Below are positions 9,964 through 19,872 of a stretch of 64,000 nt of DNA, piece by piece (positions within the stretch are counted from its first letter, which is position 1; every line of letters begins with the position of its first letter). The translations under genes and the position numbers were made by a program. Below the pieces are notes generated by a model that was not told where the DNA came from, searched no databases, and saw only the letters and a program-made list of their open reading frames with translations. This DNA comes from Candidatus Nomurabacteria bacterium (GTDB lineage: Bacteria > Patescibacteriota > Minisyncoccia > Phycocordibacterales > UBA918), in assembly GCA_020632095.1 (NCBI GenBank), contig JACKGF010000001.1:326638-390637 (forward strand), given 5' to 3'.

Positions 9964-10593
9964 TTAAGACCGACGAATTGGCAGACAGAGCGCAAGGTGT
10001 TCTAACAAGAATTTGTTTGAAGCACCTCTGGTCAATAAAAAGCGTGCTACGAACTCCAATTCACTCAAAATATCCGATTTTTCTTTTTTTATATATTGAA
10101 GTAAACCCTGCTTAATAGCTTGTTGCCAAGCAACATTCTTAGCTTTTAGTACCGTCTCAATATTTGACAACCGCTCGGCGTATGACAATCCTAGGAACTG
10201 CTCAAATTCTTCTGTCAGAGAGCTGCTGTCACTACCTAACCTGACTTCAAAAAAACGTGAAGCAAGTGTGGGTAAAACCTGAAAACCTTCTAACAAAATA
10301 AAAATGAATTTAGTGGAAACTGGTGGTTCCTCCAAAATTTTTAAGAGTGCATTCTGTGCCTCATGGGTAATAAAATCCGTCCTCACCACCAAAGTTTGAG
10401 TTTCAGTATTTTGTGGTCGATTGTTTGCAGTTGTGACCAACCTCCTAGCGTCATCAATTCCGAAACGTTCAATATAACTATCTTGTACTTCATCAAATTC
10501 ACCAAAACTAGCTAGATTAAAAGCTTGAACCGGTGAATGTTTAATCAAAATAGCATGATGAGGTGAATTCATACCCTCCATTATGACGCTCAT
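9964..10593 (-). CDS. holB: minimal DNA polymerase III delta'-like subunit (HolB-like, lacks P-loop region)
   Basis: It keeps the clamp-loader sensor motifs HEAQNALLKILEEPP and LPTLASRF but has no Walker A. At 209 aa it is much shorter than canonical delta'. Confidence 0.55.
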   Translation of the reverse strand: MSVIMEGMNSPHHAILIKHSPVQAFNLASFGEFDEVQDSYIERFGIDDARRLVTTANNRPQNTETQTLVVRTDFITHEAQNALLKILEEPPVSTKFIFILLEGFQVLPTLASRFFEVRLGSDSSSLTEEFEQFLGLSYAERLSNIETVLKAKNVAWQQAIKQGLLQYIKKEKSDILSELEFVARFLLTRGASNKFLLEHLALCLPIRRS

Positions 10594-10595
10594 GA

Positions 10596-12455
10596 CTATT
10601 TTTGCAAATCAAGAATATGACGAATTACCCGACGTAGATAGTGTTCAAAAGTTTCACCAGATTCATAAACAATACCTTGTTCATATCGCCAGCCATTCAT
10701 ATAATCAGTAATACTTTGTTTGATTTCTTGAGTTGCTCCTTCAAAACGACCAGCTAATAGTAGCGGGATCTGTAGCGGTGCTAACTTTTTAAACAAGGGA
10801 TGCTCACGTCCCTTAGGACCAGTACCAAACAAACCACTTTTCTTAAACAGCGACCACTCAACCAGTAGTTGTTGCAGACCATCATCAACTTCTTTTATGA
10901 ATAAAGGGTCGCCAACCACTGACGATGTTTTAATGTCAGAAGCTAGCGGTAAATCATTGGGTGTATGAAGTTTTGTACCTGATTCAGCCAACGAAGAAGC
11001 TTTAAGGGGAGACACGGGGGCGTCCGGCACTATTGGGGTTGCGGGGGTTTGGGTAATTGGGGGAACAGCTGGTGTATCAACTGTTGTTTGCACTGGAATA
11101 GCTTTTGGTGGTTCAAATGAAGCAGGTGTGTCTGGTACAGGCACTGGGATGTTTACTGAGACAGGAGTTTCTTTATTAGACCTAACAGTATCTGTATCTG
11201 GACCCCAAGATGACGCTATTAAATTTTCAGACCCTGCATTTAAAGAAGCTGGTGACGAAGGAAGATTATTAGGCACATTTGTATCAAGGTGCGACGGTTC
11301 ACCAAAATCAATTACTCTTGGAGTACGAACTGGCACAGGGGCCGGAATATCATAAGGAGCTACTACCGGACTATCGGGAATTGATGGTTGTGGAGATATA
11401 GGAACTTGAATTGGTGGTGAAAATGTTTCAGGTATTGGCTGTTTATTTTCTGTTTGTGGTACTGACTGAGGAGTAGCTACTGGTGAAGACTTAACAACGT
11501 TTGTTGGATTTTTTTCATATTCTTCAATAGTATTTTTTACCTCAATAAATGCGGTTTCTAGTCGCTTCATTGCAGACAAAGCAGAAGAACCACTGTTGAG
11601 CTTCTTCATAGCATCCAGCAAGGCCCCCATATACTCTCGACCAACCTCATTGTTTATATCTACTAAATTAACAGGATTACCGACCTTATCGTTAACAATA
11701 GATTTAATCTCTCTGATTCGTTGTAAATATTCACCTGGGTCATAGTTATTAGGCTCAGCCACTGGCGGAGTAGGTGCAGAAATAGGCGTAACAGGAGGTT
11801 GTGTTACCGGAGGTGTAGATATAGGTGCAGATGGCTGTGGAGGAGCGACTGGTGGTGTAACTGGGGCTGGAGCTGGAATCACTGGATCTTGGGTAACTGG
11901 TTCTGGAATAACTGGAGGAGCTGGAGTAACCGGCACTTGAACAGTTGGAGCTGGTGACGGAGGTATAACAACCTCAGGAGTTGGAGTTGGTACTGTTACC
12001 GGTACTACAGGCGGCTGAGCAATCTCAGTTGGAACTACAGGGACTTGAGGTTGGGTTGAGGGTTGAGTAGGAGGTTGAGTTTGAACCGGTGATGCAGCAG
12101 GCGCTGGATTGACCACCTGCCTAGTAACCGCAGTAGCAGAAAAAGTAGTTGGTGCAGGTCGCGACACACCAAAAGAAAACGCTGGCGCAGACCCCGGAAC
12201 AACAGCAACAGTTACTGGTACGACACCGTAGAAAACTATCTTCTGCTCAAGTGTAATCCTGACTGTTTGATCTTTACCACCATTTGAATATAAAAAGATA
12301 AGATCACGTAGTTCATTTTTTTCGGCCGCTGAAATGTCACTAGCTCTAACAGAAGCCAATAAATGAGCAATACCTTTTTGTGAATCGAGGTCAAACGTAA
12401 ATTGCTTAACGTCCCCCAAAGAACTATCGTTCGCCATATCTAAACATAATAACAC
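10596..12455 (-). CDS. hypothetical protein with long Pro/Thr/Val-rich low-complexity core
   Basis: 619 aa. A globular N-terminus is followed by about 150 aa of PxxP-rich sequence (TQPPTQPSTQPQVPVVP...), a small helical middle domain, a second P-rich stretch and a conserved-looking C-terminal domain (GPKGREHPLFKK...RRVIRHILDLQK). No family recognised. Confidence 0.6.
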   Translation of the reverse strand: MLLCLDMANDSSLGDVKQFTFDLDSQKGIAHLLASVRASDISAAEKNELRDLIFLYSNGGKDQTVRITLEQKIVFYGVVPVTVAVVPGSAPAFSFGVSRPAPTTFSATAVTRQVVNPAPAASPVQTQPPTQPSTQPQVPVVPTEIAQPPVVPVTVPTPTPEVVIPPSPAPTVQVPVTPAPPVIPEPVTQDPVIPAPAPVTPPVAPPQPSAPISTPPVTQPPVTPISAPTPPVAEPNNYDPGEYLQRIREIKSIVNDKVGNPVNLVDINNEVGREYMGALLDAMKKLNSGSSALSAMKRLETAFIEVKNTIEEYEKNPTNVVKSSPVATPQSVPQTENKQPIPETFSPPIQVPISPQPSIPDSPVVAPYDIPAPVPVRTPRVIDFGEPSHLDTNVPNNLPSSPASLNAGSENLIASSWGPDTDTVRSNKETPVSVNIPVPVPDTPASFEPPKAIPVQTTVDTPAVPPITQTPATPIVPDAPVSPLKASSLAESGTKLHTPNDLPLASDIKTSSVVGDPLFIKEVDDGLQQLLVEWSLFKKSGLFGTGPKGREHPLFKKLAPLQIPLLLAGRFEGATQEIKQSITDYMNGWRYEQGIVYESGETFEHYLRRVIRHILDLQK

Positions 12456-12497
12456 CCTTTACTTTAGTGTGAACTATTAATGCCAAAAAACTGTGTA

Positions 12498-14405
12498 TTA
12501 CAGGGTTTTGGTTTGAGCCTGATAACTATCCATTTCTATCAAAGTCATCCACTTAGCAAACAATTCTCCAAACTTCATGTCTGAATAAGAATCAAACTCT
12601 ACCCGCATTTCATCCAACAAATCTACCCACACTACAAAAGAATCATATTTTATATTTTCTTTATTTAGAATTGATTTAACCTCTTCATAGGACAAAGCAG
12701 CCAAGCTTTCTACTTCTGAGTTTTTCATATCGCACAAATAATCAAACGGACTAGCTGTCACTTCCTTAAGCCAACGCTCAAGTGCATCTATTGAAGTTTC
12801 TTCTATCTGAGCAACTGTTGTGGCAAGTACTCGGTCAAAATATTCAGGTGAACGGAAATTATCTTTAATGAACGACCGGTAAGGCTCTTCCATTAGATAT
12901 TTTCTAGTTAAAGAATTTTCATGAATTACTGATTCTGCTATTGGTATCCTTGGTACAGAGTCAGGAATAACTTTATTTATAGGATCATAAAGCTCAGTCC
13001 TAGCTACAACTCGTGACTCAGAATTAGAAATATTTTTAGGAACGAAGTTTCCTCTCACCTGATTGAATAAATTTAATTTAGGAAAAAATGCTTTAGATTT
13101 TTTAGACTTTTCCTGCACAATCTCTTCAGCTTTTTCAGCTACTGTAATAGACACTTTTCCGTCACCTTCAGTATCAGGAATAACAAACATTTCACACCGA
13201 CGTTTAGATAAAGGTAACCCCGATTCGGACTTCTCTTCCTCACAGATAGTTTCAACAAAAACTGGTTTTTTTATTTCTGCTTTTTTTGTATCACTTCTCT
13301 CAACCAATGGCAGCTTGTTATGATCTGAAACAATTTGACCTCTATCTTCTTTTTGTTTCTCTAAAGATTTTGTTTCTTCATATTTCTTCAACAGAACAAC
13401 TCTGACCGCATCGACGTTTTTTGTAATTTCAACAAATATCTGCTCATATTTTTCCAAAGCCAACATTAGAGCTGACTCAGCTTCTTTCTTTATATCAATT
13501 CCTTCAAGCCTAACCGTAAGTTTTTCGATCCTGCTTTGACTAACAGTTAATTCGGACAGATCGATAATAACTTCATCCGTCCGATAAGTAGGAGTAAACA
13601 GCGTTTCTAACTCATCCTTTACAACTTTAATTTTATCCAGTATTTCTTTAGCGTTATTTTTAACTTTTAACAATCTTTCAACCAAGTCTCCGATATGTGA
13701 ATCAATTTCACCTTCAACCTTATTTTCATTATGAATTTTATCTTGTTCCCCAGTAGAATTAACTTCCAAACTGATTGAGTCTTCAGCTTTTTCGGCCTCA
13801 GGTTTTACATAATATTTAAATTTAGTTTTGGGAACAATTTCAGTCAAAACCTCTTCTTCACCGATTTCGTTTTCTTCATCTTTTTCTACCTCATCATCTA
13901 CTTCTTCATCTTCTTCATCTTCTTCATCTTCTTCATCTTCTTCATTATCCTCACTATCACCCTCATCTAAGTAAACCGAGTAAGCTTCAATTAGCAAATT
14001 TCGTAAGGAGATTATTTCATTATATAAAGTTTGTAAACGCTCAAAATCTTCATCAGAAATTTCTTCGTCATTCGGCAAGACCTCCAATCGACACCTGTCT
14101 ACCAAGCCTTTCAATTCACTAAATTTATCTTGTAGCGAATCGTAAACTTTATCTCCTTCAATTTCAGCAGTTTTAAGCTTTTGATAGTCATCAGCCTTTG
14201 CGTCCTCCTCAAACAGAGAAGCATCGTCGTAAACTTGCTCAGCCGCTTTTAAAAATTGACCCAAGCCCTCGACTGTTTCTATATTAATAGCTTCAGTATT
14301 GTCGTCATCAGAATCATTATCAGTGTTAATAGGTGTTACTAAAGAAGTGTCATCATTGACGACATTTTCAATATCACTATTATCTTTTGATTCAAGAAAC
14401 AACAT
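12498..14405 (-). CDS. hypothetical highly acidic coiled-coil protein
   Basis: 635 aa. It contains a poly-acidic run (EDNEEDEEDEEDEEDEEVDDEVEKDEENE) encoded by a 9-bp tandem repeat, plus long predicted coiled-coil stretches. No family recognised. Confidence 0.6.
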   Translation of the reverse strand: MLFLESKDNSDIENVVNDDTSLVTPINTDNDSDDDNTEAINIETVEGLGQFLKAAEQVYDDASLFEEDAKADDYQKLKTAEIEGDKVYDSLQDKFSELKGLVDRCRLEVLPNDEEISDEDFERLQTLYNEIISLRNLLIEAYSVYLDEGDSEDNEEDEEDEEDEEDEEVDDEVEKDEENEIGEEEVLTEIVPKTKFKYYVKPEAEKAEDSISLEVNSTGEQDKIHNENKVEGEIDSHIGDLVERLLKVKNNAKEILDKIKVVKDELETLFTPTYRTDEVIIDLSELTVSQSRIEKLTVRLEGIDIKKEAESALMLALEKYEQIFVEITKNVDAVRVVLLKKYEETKSLEKQKEDRGQIVSDHNKLPLVERSDTKKAEIKKPVFVETICEEEKSESGLPLSKRRCEMFVIPDTEGDGKVSITVAEKAEEIVQEKSKKSKAFFPKLNLFNQVRGNFVPKNISNSESRVVARTELYDPINKVIPDSVPRIPIAESVIHENSLTRKYLMEEPYRSFIKDNFRSPEYFDRVLATTVAQIEETSIDALERWLKEVTASPFDYLCDMKNSEVESLAALSYEEVKSILNKENIKYDSFVVWVDLLDEMRVEFDSYSDMKFGELFAKWMTLIEMDSYQAQTKTL

Positions 14406-14425
14406 AAGAACAATTGTATTATATT

Positions 14426-17194
14426 CTACCTCATTGATGGCGCTGGTGGAACCGGTGGAGCTGGCTTTTGGTATCGAACGCGGATTTCTTCTTCTATTTC
14501 TGCTCGATCATATCCATATCTCTTATAACTATCCTCAATCAATCTTTGTACTCTGACCAAATCTGTCTCGGCTGGAGCCATAGTCCCCATACTAAAAGGA
14601 GGAGTTGGGGTACCGTTAGCTAATACCCTCATAAAAGCATTAGCATTAGGTACATTCATCAAATCACTAGCGGTAAAAGTAGGCTTAAACTGTTGTTCCA
14701 AAAACTGTGCGTCTTCCGGACCAACCCGAAAGGCCGCCATTGAACCAACGTTACCAAACACAGCATCTTTAATATCTGGCTGCAGCTGTGCGATAAACTG
14801 GTGTGCGATTGTCAGACCAAGCTTGTACTTTCGTGCTTCAGACAAAATAGCCGAAATGGAGTTAGTTGAAATATTTTGAAACTCGTCCATATGAAGATAG
14901 AACGGTGGGAAACTTTTAGTTGGGTCATCCACTCGTGACAACGCCGCCATCAAAATCTTTCCCACAAAAATCATACCGATCAAACTAGAGTTAATTTCAC
15001 CCAAACGACCCTTAGCTAAGTTGACCAAGAGAATCTTACGCTCATCCATTACCTTTCTAAAATCAAAAGCGGACCTTTGCTGACCAATAATCGGTCGCAT
15101 GTAGTCATTGGCAGTAAACACGTCAAACTTTGATACGATGTATGGCACGATATTTTCAAGTGAAGCTTCTCCACCTGCCTTGGTCGCAATTTCAGTCCAA
15201 AATTGTATTACTACAGGATTAGTTGCTTTCTCCAATTTTTTCTTTCGAAAAGGAGCATCAACCATTACTCGTCCAATATCCATCAAGGTATTACCGCTCT
15301 CAGGATCTTCCATCACCAACATTGTCGCATTACGAAAATACTGTTCAAACATCGGACCCATCGACTCCGGATTTGCTCCATACAATTTTTGGAAAATCGA
15401 GAAAAGTTCATTGACTACAAAAGTCTTCATTTCAGGCTTACTGTAGTCATACTCAAGCATATTAAGCCCAATCACCCTATCCATTCGTGATGGATCAAAG
15501 TAAATTATGTCTTGCTCACGCTCAGGCGGTACTGCCCCAAGTACATCCTCAATATCAGTACCGTGCGGATCAATCAGACAGACTCCTGACCCTTGCTGAA
15601 TGTCCTGGATAATCATGTTCTTCATCAAGGTTGTCTTACCTGTACCAGTCTGACCAATAATATAAAAATGACGCATACGATCGAGCTCACTGATGAATAT
15701 TTTTCGTTCAACGTTACGGTGCCTATTAATACCCAACAAAGTACCTTCGTTTGGCATCTCGGTTGGGGCTGGTGCGGTATTTGAGTGGGACTGCTTCACT
15801 TGTGGAGAAGCTAAGGTTCCATCACCCGGAAAATGCATTAATGTTGCTAGCTCTGCCAAAGACAGTGGGATAGTATTTTGAGTAGAAAACTGTCTAAATG
15901 AAAACGCCTTTTCTCCCATCCTTAAGTTCGAGCCGCTTAATGTCTTGAATTTAATTTGATTACCCGCGGTTGTATCAAACTGATTGAAGGTTGACTCTAG
16001 TTCAGTCAAAATTTGTTCCGCTCGATGCTTTTCCGTCGCTGACACAACCACCCTAATATTAACCTCAACTATTGGCTTGGCTATTTTCTTGCGGAATATT
16101 TCAATTGCCTGACTATCTACTTCCTTGACCGGTTCTATTTCACCCTCTTTTTTCTTAGAAGAAAAGAAAAAATCACTAACACTAGCCAAAATTTCACCGC
16201 CTACGGTACTGCGAGAAATCGCCTCGCCTGGCTTAGTTCCTTTTTCGACTAACTTTATCACTTCCTCGTAGGTTTTTTGGTAAGTTTTCTTCGGATGTCG
16301 AATTACAAACTGAATCGCTGCTCCCCCACCCTCACGCTCAATTTTAGAGAAAGCATTGAGGATCACTGCCAAAGGATCTGTAGAGAATTCGTCTTGGGTC
16401 TTGATTGAATAAATCGGGTTTTTCTTAAGTTCAAGATTGGCTACCAAAGTATGACCCTTATCAACATAGATATTGTAATCATGGACTTGTTCCTTCAGAA
16501 CAGCATTTGGGAAAAGCGATAAGGTCTGCTTTTCAAACAAAGATTTGAATTCATTTGGTACCGCTACATAAAAAATAATATCGTCACTATAATCAGCCAC
16601 TGCAATCTCAATGACGAAGTGGTTTCCTTCCTTGGCTGAACCAATGGTGCGTAGACCCGAGTATAATTGCTCCATCTTACCCACCAAATCTCCGAGCGCT
16701 AAATCATTACCATCAATCGACTTTTGGGCCGGCAATGTCACTTCATACAAGGTCATGTGCAAAACATGCCAAGGTGGTACCCCTTCTTTTAAATCAGCCA
16801 TTTCTACCCCACTTTGAATATGTTCAATTAGCCGCCTGTGAACCTCATCTATCACGTATGCGTTGGTGGTCTTGTCTAGTACCGTCAAGGCATTACGAAT
16901 TCCTTTTTCTAAGGCGATCTGCATAACTTCTTCCACCGGATCGTGCGCTGTATCAACCAACTCTACTGACTCAGCCAAAGCTTGCCCTTGTAACTCATAA
17001 TCCGGATGAAGAATTACTTTTGGTGTAAAGCTCACATACTCTTTGATCTGTTCTCGACCGAGCGTTTCACTATCGGCTTTATCTATCTCAGGCGTACGCG
17101 CCAGTACTTCACGCTCACGTTCTGCAATCTGCTGACGTAGAAAATTTATTTCCTCCTCCGGAGAAGAAAACTGCTTAGTATAGCCTTCATTCAT
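14426..17194 (-). CDS. FtsK/HerA/TrwB-superfamily P-loop ATPase (type IV secretion coupling-protein-like, soluble)
   Basis: 922 aa. It has Walker A (GQTGTGKTT), DPHG, Walker B (HMDEF) and a sensor (TIAHQFIAQL). The order and spacing resemble TraD/TrwB/VirD4 and DUF87 ATPases. The N-terminal domain of about 520 aa has no TM helices and no recognised family. Confidence 0.6.
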   Translation of the reverse strand: MNEGYTKQFSSPEEEINFLRQQIAEREREVLARTPEIDKADSETLGREQIKEYVSFTPKVILHPDYELQGQALAESVELVDTAHDPVEEVMQIALEKGIRNALTVLDKTTNAYVIDEVHRRLIEHIQSGVEMADLKEGVPPWHVLHMTLYEVTLPAQKSIDGNDLALGDLVGKMEQLYSGLRTIGSAKEGNHFVIEIAVADYSDDIIFYVAVPNEFKSLFEKQTLSLFPNAVLKEQVHDYNIYVDKGHTLVANLELKKNPIYSIKTQDEFSTDPLAVILNAFSKIEREGGGAAIQFVIRHPKKTYQKTYEEVIKLVEKGTKPGEAISRSTVGGEILASVSDFFFSSKKKEGEIEPVKEVDSQAIEIFRKKIAKPIVEVNIRVVVSATEKHRAEQILTELESTFNQFDTTAGNQIKFKTLSGSNLRMGEKAFSFRQFSTQNTIPLSLAELATLMHFPGDGTLASPQVKQSHSNTAPAPTEMPNEGTLLGINRHRNVERKIFISELDRMRHFYIIGQTGTGKTTLMKNMIIQDIQQGSGVCLIDPHGTDIEDVLGAVPPEREQDIIYFDPSRMDRVIGLNMLEYDYSKPEMKTFVVNELFSIFQKLYGANPESMGPMFEQYFRNATMLVMEDPESGNTLMDIGRVMVDAPFRKKKLEKATNPVVIQFWTEIATKAGGEASLENIVPYIVSKFDVFTANDYMRPIIGQQRSAFDFRKVMDERKILLVNLAKGRLGEINSSLIGMIFVGKILMAALSRVDDPTKSFPPFYLHMDEFQNISTNSISAILSEARKYKLGLTIAHQFIAQLQPDIKDAVFGNVGSMAAFRVGPEDAQFLEQQFKPTFTASDLMNVPNANAFMRVLANGTPTPPFSMGTMAPAETDLVRVQRLIEDSYKRYGYDRAEIEEEIRVRYQKPAPPVPPAPSMR

Positions 17195-17275
17195 ATATTG
17201 ATATATTAACGCACTAAAAAAGTGAATTAGTGTACAATCCCCTATTTAAAAAACTGACTTGATTTTCATTGAATA

Positions 17276-18091
17276 TTAATTACACAGAACCCCATTCAAC
17301 TTTTTTAGTAAGCTCCTATTTGCAGAAATGTAATCTCCTTCATAAATACTCACTACGCCTAAGTTTAAATCATTCATTTCCGCACCCGCCTCCCTAGCGA
17401 TTAAACTTCCAGCAGCAACATCCCATGGCTTCTGCTTTAATCGCACTATGCCGTCAATTCGACCACAAGCGAGGTAACAAAATTCAGCTGCCATTGACCC
17501 ACGACCAAAAACTGGATCAACCTTATTAACATTTGCAAAACCAAAATCTTTTAAATTTACAATGCTCTCTGATAATCTCTTATTCAATACTGCATTTTCT
17601 TTTTCATTTCCAGGGTATGCTGAGTAAGTTACTACAACTTCATCCAAATCCTCTTTATCACCTACTTCAATATTTTCGCCATTCATAAACGAACCTCCTC
17701 CTAGCACCGCATAAAACAATTCGTTTCTTTTTGGTAAAAACACTACTCCCAGAACTAACTCTCCGTCTTTCTCAAGGGCTATAGACACTGAAAAAGTATC
17801 CCTGCCACTAACATAATTATTTGTTCCATCAATCGGATCAATTATCCACCTGTATCGAGAAGATTCGTTTTTTTTACCAAACTCTTCACCCAGAAACCCA
17901 TGATCTGGAAATTCTTTCTCAAGAATTTTGATTATTAATAATTCTGAATCCCCATCTTGTTTGGTTGTAGGATTTATAAAATCAGACTCACTTTTAACAA
18001 ACCCAATATTTGACATTAATAATTTACCTGCCTCCATCGCAGCAAATTTTGCAACCGATAAAAATTTTTCATTCATAGATATCAATCCCAT
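17276..18091 (-). CDS. suhB: inositol monophosphatase family protein (SuhB-like)
   Basis: It carries the IMPase metal-binding signature WIIDPIDGTNNYV and the FPDHGFLGEE region. Confidence 0.8.
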   Translation of the reverse strand: MGLISMNEKFLSVAKFAAMEAGKLLMSNIGFVKSESDFINPTTKQDGDSELLIIKILEKEFPDHGFLGEEFGKKNESSRYRWIIDPIDGTNNYVSGRDTFSVSIALEKDGELVLGVVFLPKRNELFYAVLGGGSFMNGENIEVGDKEDLDEVVVTYSAYPGNEKENAVLNKRLSESIVNLKDFGFANVNKVDPVFGRGSMAAEFCYLACGRIDGIVRLKQKPWDVAAGSLIAREAGAEMNDLNLGVVSIYEGDYISANRSLLKKLNGVLCN

Positions 18092-18093
18092 CT

Positions 18094-18732
18094 CTAAAGA
18101 ATCCCCCGTTCCTTGGCGACTGCCAGCATTTCTTTTACATCTTCGTCTTGCAGTGATTCTTGAACATTAGTCCAAAGATCTAGATTAATCTTTGCCCACT
18201 TTAGGTATCTTTCTTTGGCTAGATCTGTATAAAAATAGATACCTTCCGCCAGTAAGGGTGTTTGTTCAGAAACAATCATGTTGGAAAGTTTATAAATATC
18301 GACCTTATTTTCAGTAATATATTTACTAGAGAATAAAATGGGAGTAATTGGAAGTATTTTAAAAAGTGAGTCAGCATCGCTAAGTGCTTTTCCTTCTTCC
18401 GATATTATATGCCCTCTCCTGCCAGTATGTGCTTCAGACACAACACTCTCAATCTGCATGATTTCCTCACCAGAATATCCAGCTTCAGTTAGAAGCTTGG
18501 CACGCAACTCTGAACCAGCTTCAGGCTCAGAGTTTTCTTGCACAACGTAGTTTAAATCATGAACTAACGCCGCTACTTCAACCAATTCGGTATCAGCCCC
18601 AATACTCTCCGAAAATTCCACAGCCTTCTTTGACACAAACTGCACGTGATGCCAGCCATGAAAAAGTAGCTTTTCATTATGTTCATCATATAGTTCCTTA
18701 ACTTTTTCCTTCAAAAAATCTATTTTTTGCAT
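18094..18732 (-). CDS. HD-domain phosphohydrolase
   Basis: H...HD metal-binding motifs are present (HGWHHV ... ALVHDLNYV). Confidence 0.7.
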   Translation of the reverse strand: MQKIDFLKEKVKELYDEHNEKLLFHGWHHVQFVSKKAVEFSESIGADTELVEVAALVHDLNYVVQENSEPEAGSELRAKLLTEAGYSGEEIMQIESVVSEAHTGRRGHIISEEGKALSDADSLFKILPITPILFSSKYITENKVDIYKLSNMIVSEQTPLLAEGIYFYTDLAKERYLKWAKINLDLWTNVQESLQDEDVKEMLAVAKERGIL

Positions 18733-18740
18733 AATTAAGA

Positions 18741-19838
18741 CTATTTCTTGGCTAACACTGCCCGCTTATAAACATCCAAGTGCTCGAGAGCAACGCCGGT
18801 GCCTTTTACTACACAAAATAAAGCTTGGTCGGCGACGGCGGCTTTGACGCCAGTGCGGCGGCGGATTAACTCTGGAAAGTTACGTAACTGCGACGTACCG
18901 CCAGTCATGATGATTCCACCGTCGATAATGTCAGCCGATAGCTCAGGCGGTGTACTTTGAAACACGTGCTTAATTGCTTTAATCATCTCACGCATTTCCT
19001 TGCCAATTGCTCGCACCACTTCATTACTCTTAATTTCGGTTGTTCGTGGCAAACCTGACAACATGTCACGTCCTTTAATCTCCATCGTCAACTCTTCTTC
19101 CAGTGGCAAGGCGGAGCCAACGGTAATTTTAATATCCTCAGCGGTCTTTTCACCAATCGCTAAGTTGCGACTTTTCTTGACATAATCAATAATCGCTGCG
19201 TCGATACGGTTACCTGCACATTTTACAGAATTGGAAGCCACAATTCCCCCCAAAGAAATCACCGCTACGTCGATGGTTCCTCCTCCAATATCAACTATCA
19301 TGTGACCTTGTGGTTCATATATTGGTACCCCTGCCCCAATCGCAGCCAAAATTGGTTCTTTTACCACATAAGCATTTCTTGCTCCGGCTTTCATCGCGGC
19401 TTCCACCACAGCCCGTCTTTCGGTCGAAGTCACACCAGCTGGCACCGACAGCATGACATCAGGTCGAAATAAATTGTATCGACTCATAGACTTGCGAAGG
19501 AAGTAACGGAGCATAGCCTCGGTCACCCGGTAGTCAGCAATTACTCCGTCCTTCATCGGGCGATAGGCGCGGATATTCTCCGGTGTACGTCCAATCATGA
19601 GCTTAGCCTCTGAACCAACCGCCAGTACTTTATTGTCCTCAGACACCGCCACCACCGAAGGCTCATTCAAAACAATCCCTTGCCCCGGCACAAAAACCAA
19701 AATACTAGTCGTACCCAAATCAATCCCAATCTTCGGAGTTAAGTTACCAAACATAAGTAGTGACCATAGTATCAGGGTGGCGAGAAAAGAAAAGCAAGTT
19801 AAATGAAAACCCGATATTACAAAACAAACCATCCGCAA
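18741..19838 (-). CDS. second actin-like MreB/Mbl paralog (true start possibly internal)
   Basis: IGIDLGTTSILVFVPGQGIVLNEPSVVAV, DIGGGTID and the rest of the MreB core are present. The 365-aa ORF begins with a hydrophobic 30-aa extension that may be upstream read-through; the start may be the M of MFGNLTPK. Confidence 0.8.
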   Translation of the reverse strand: MRMVCFVISGFHLTCFSFLATLILWSLLMFGNLTPKIGIDLGTTSILVFVPGQGIVLNEPSVVAVSEDNKVLAVGSEAKLMIGRTPENIRAYRPMKDGVIADYRVTEAMLRYFLRKSMSRYNLFRPDVMLSVPAGVTSTERRAVVEAAMKAGARNAYVVKEPILAAIGAGVPIYEPQGHMIVDIGGGTIDVAVISLGGIVASNSVKCAGNRIDAAIIDYVKKSRNLAIGEKTAEDIKITVGSALPLEEELTMEIKGRDMLSGLPRTTEIKSNEVVRAIGKEMREMIKAIKHVFQSTPPELSADIIDGGIIMTGGTSQLRNFPELIRRRTGVKAAVADQALFCVVKGTGVALEHLDVYKRAVLAKK

Positions 19839-19854
19839 CTCTAGGTCGGAAAAT

Positions 19855-19872
19855 AGTACGATTAATCGTACT
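19855..19872. promoter_or_regulatory. perfect 18-bp palindrome in divergent intergenic region
   Basis: AGTACGATTAATCGTACT lies between the MreB-paralog start and the PEP-CTERM gene. It is a candidate operator, and a TTGACA box lies about 30 bp downstream. Confidence 0.3.

Noticed and set aside
11128-11355. ORF 11128..11355(+) within the Pro-rich gene
   Set aside because: It is antisense to a repetitive, P-rich coding region. Gly/Thr repeats arise automatically from the complement of Pro codons.
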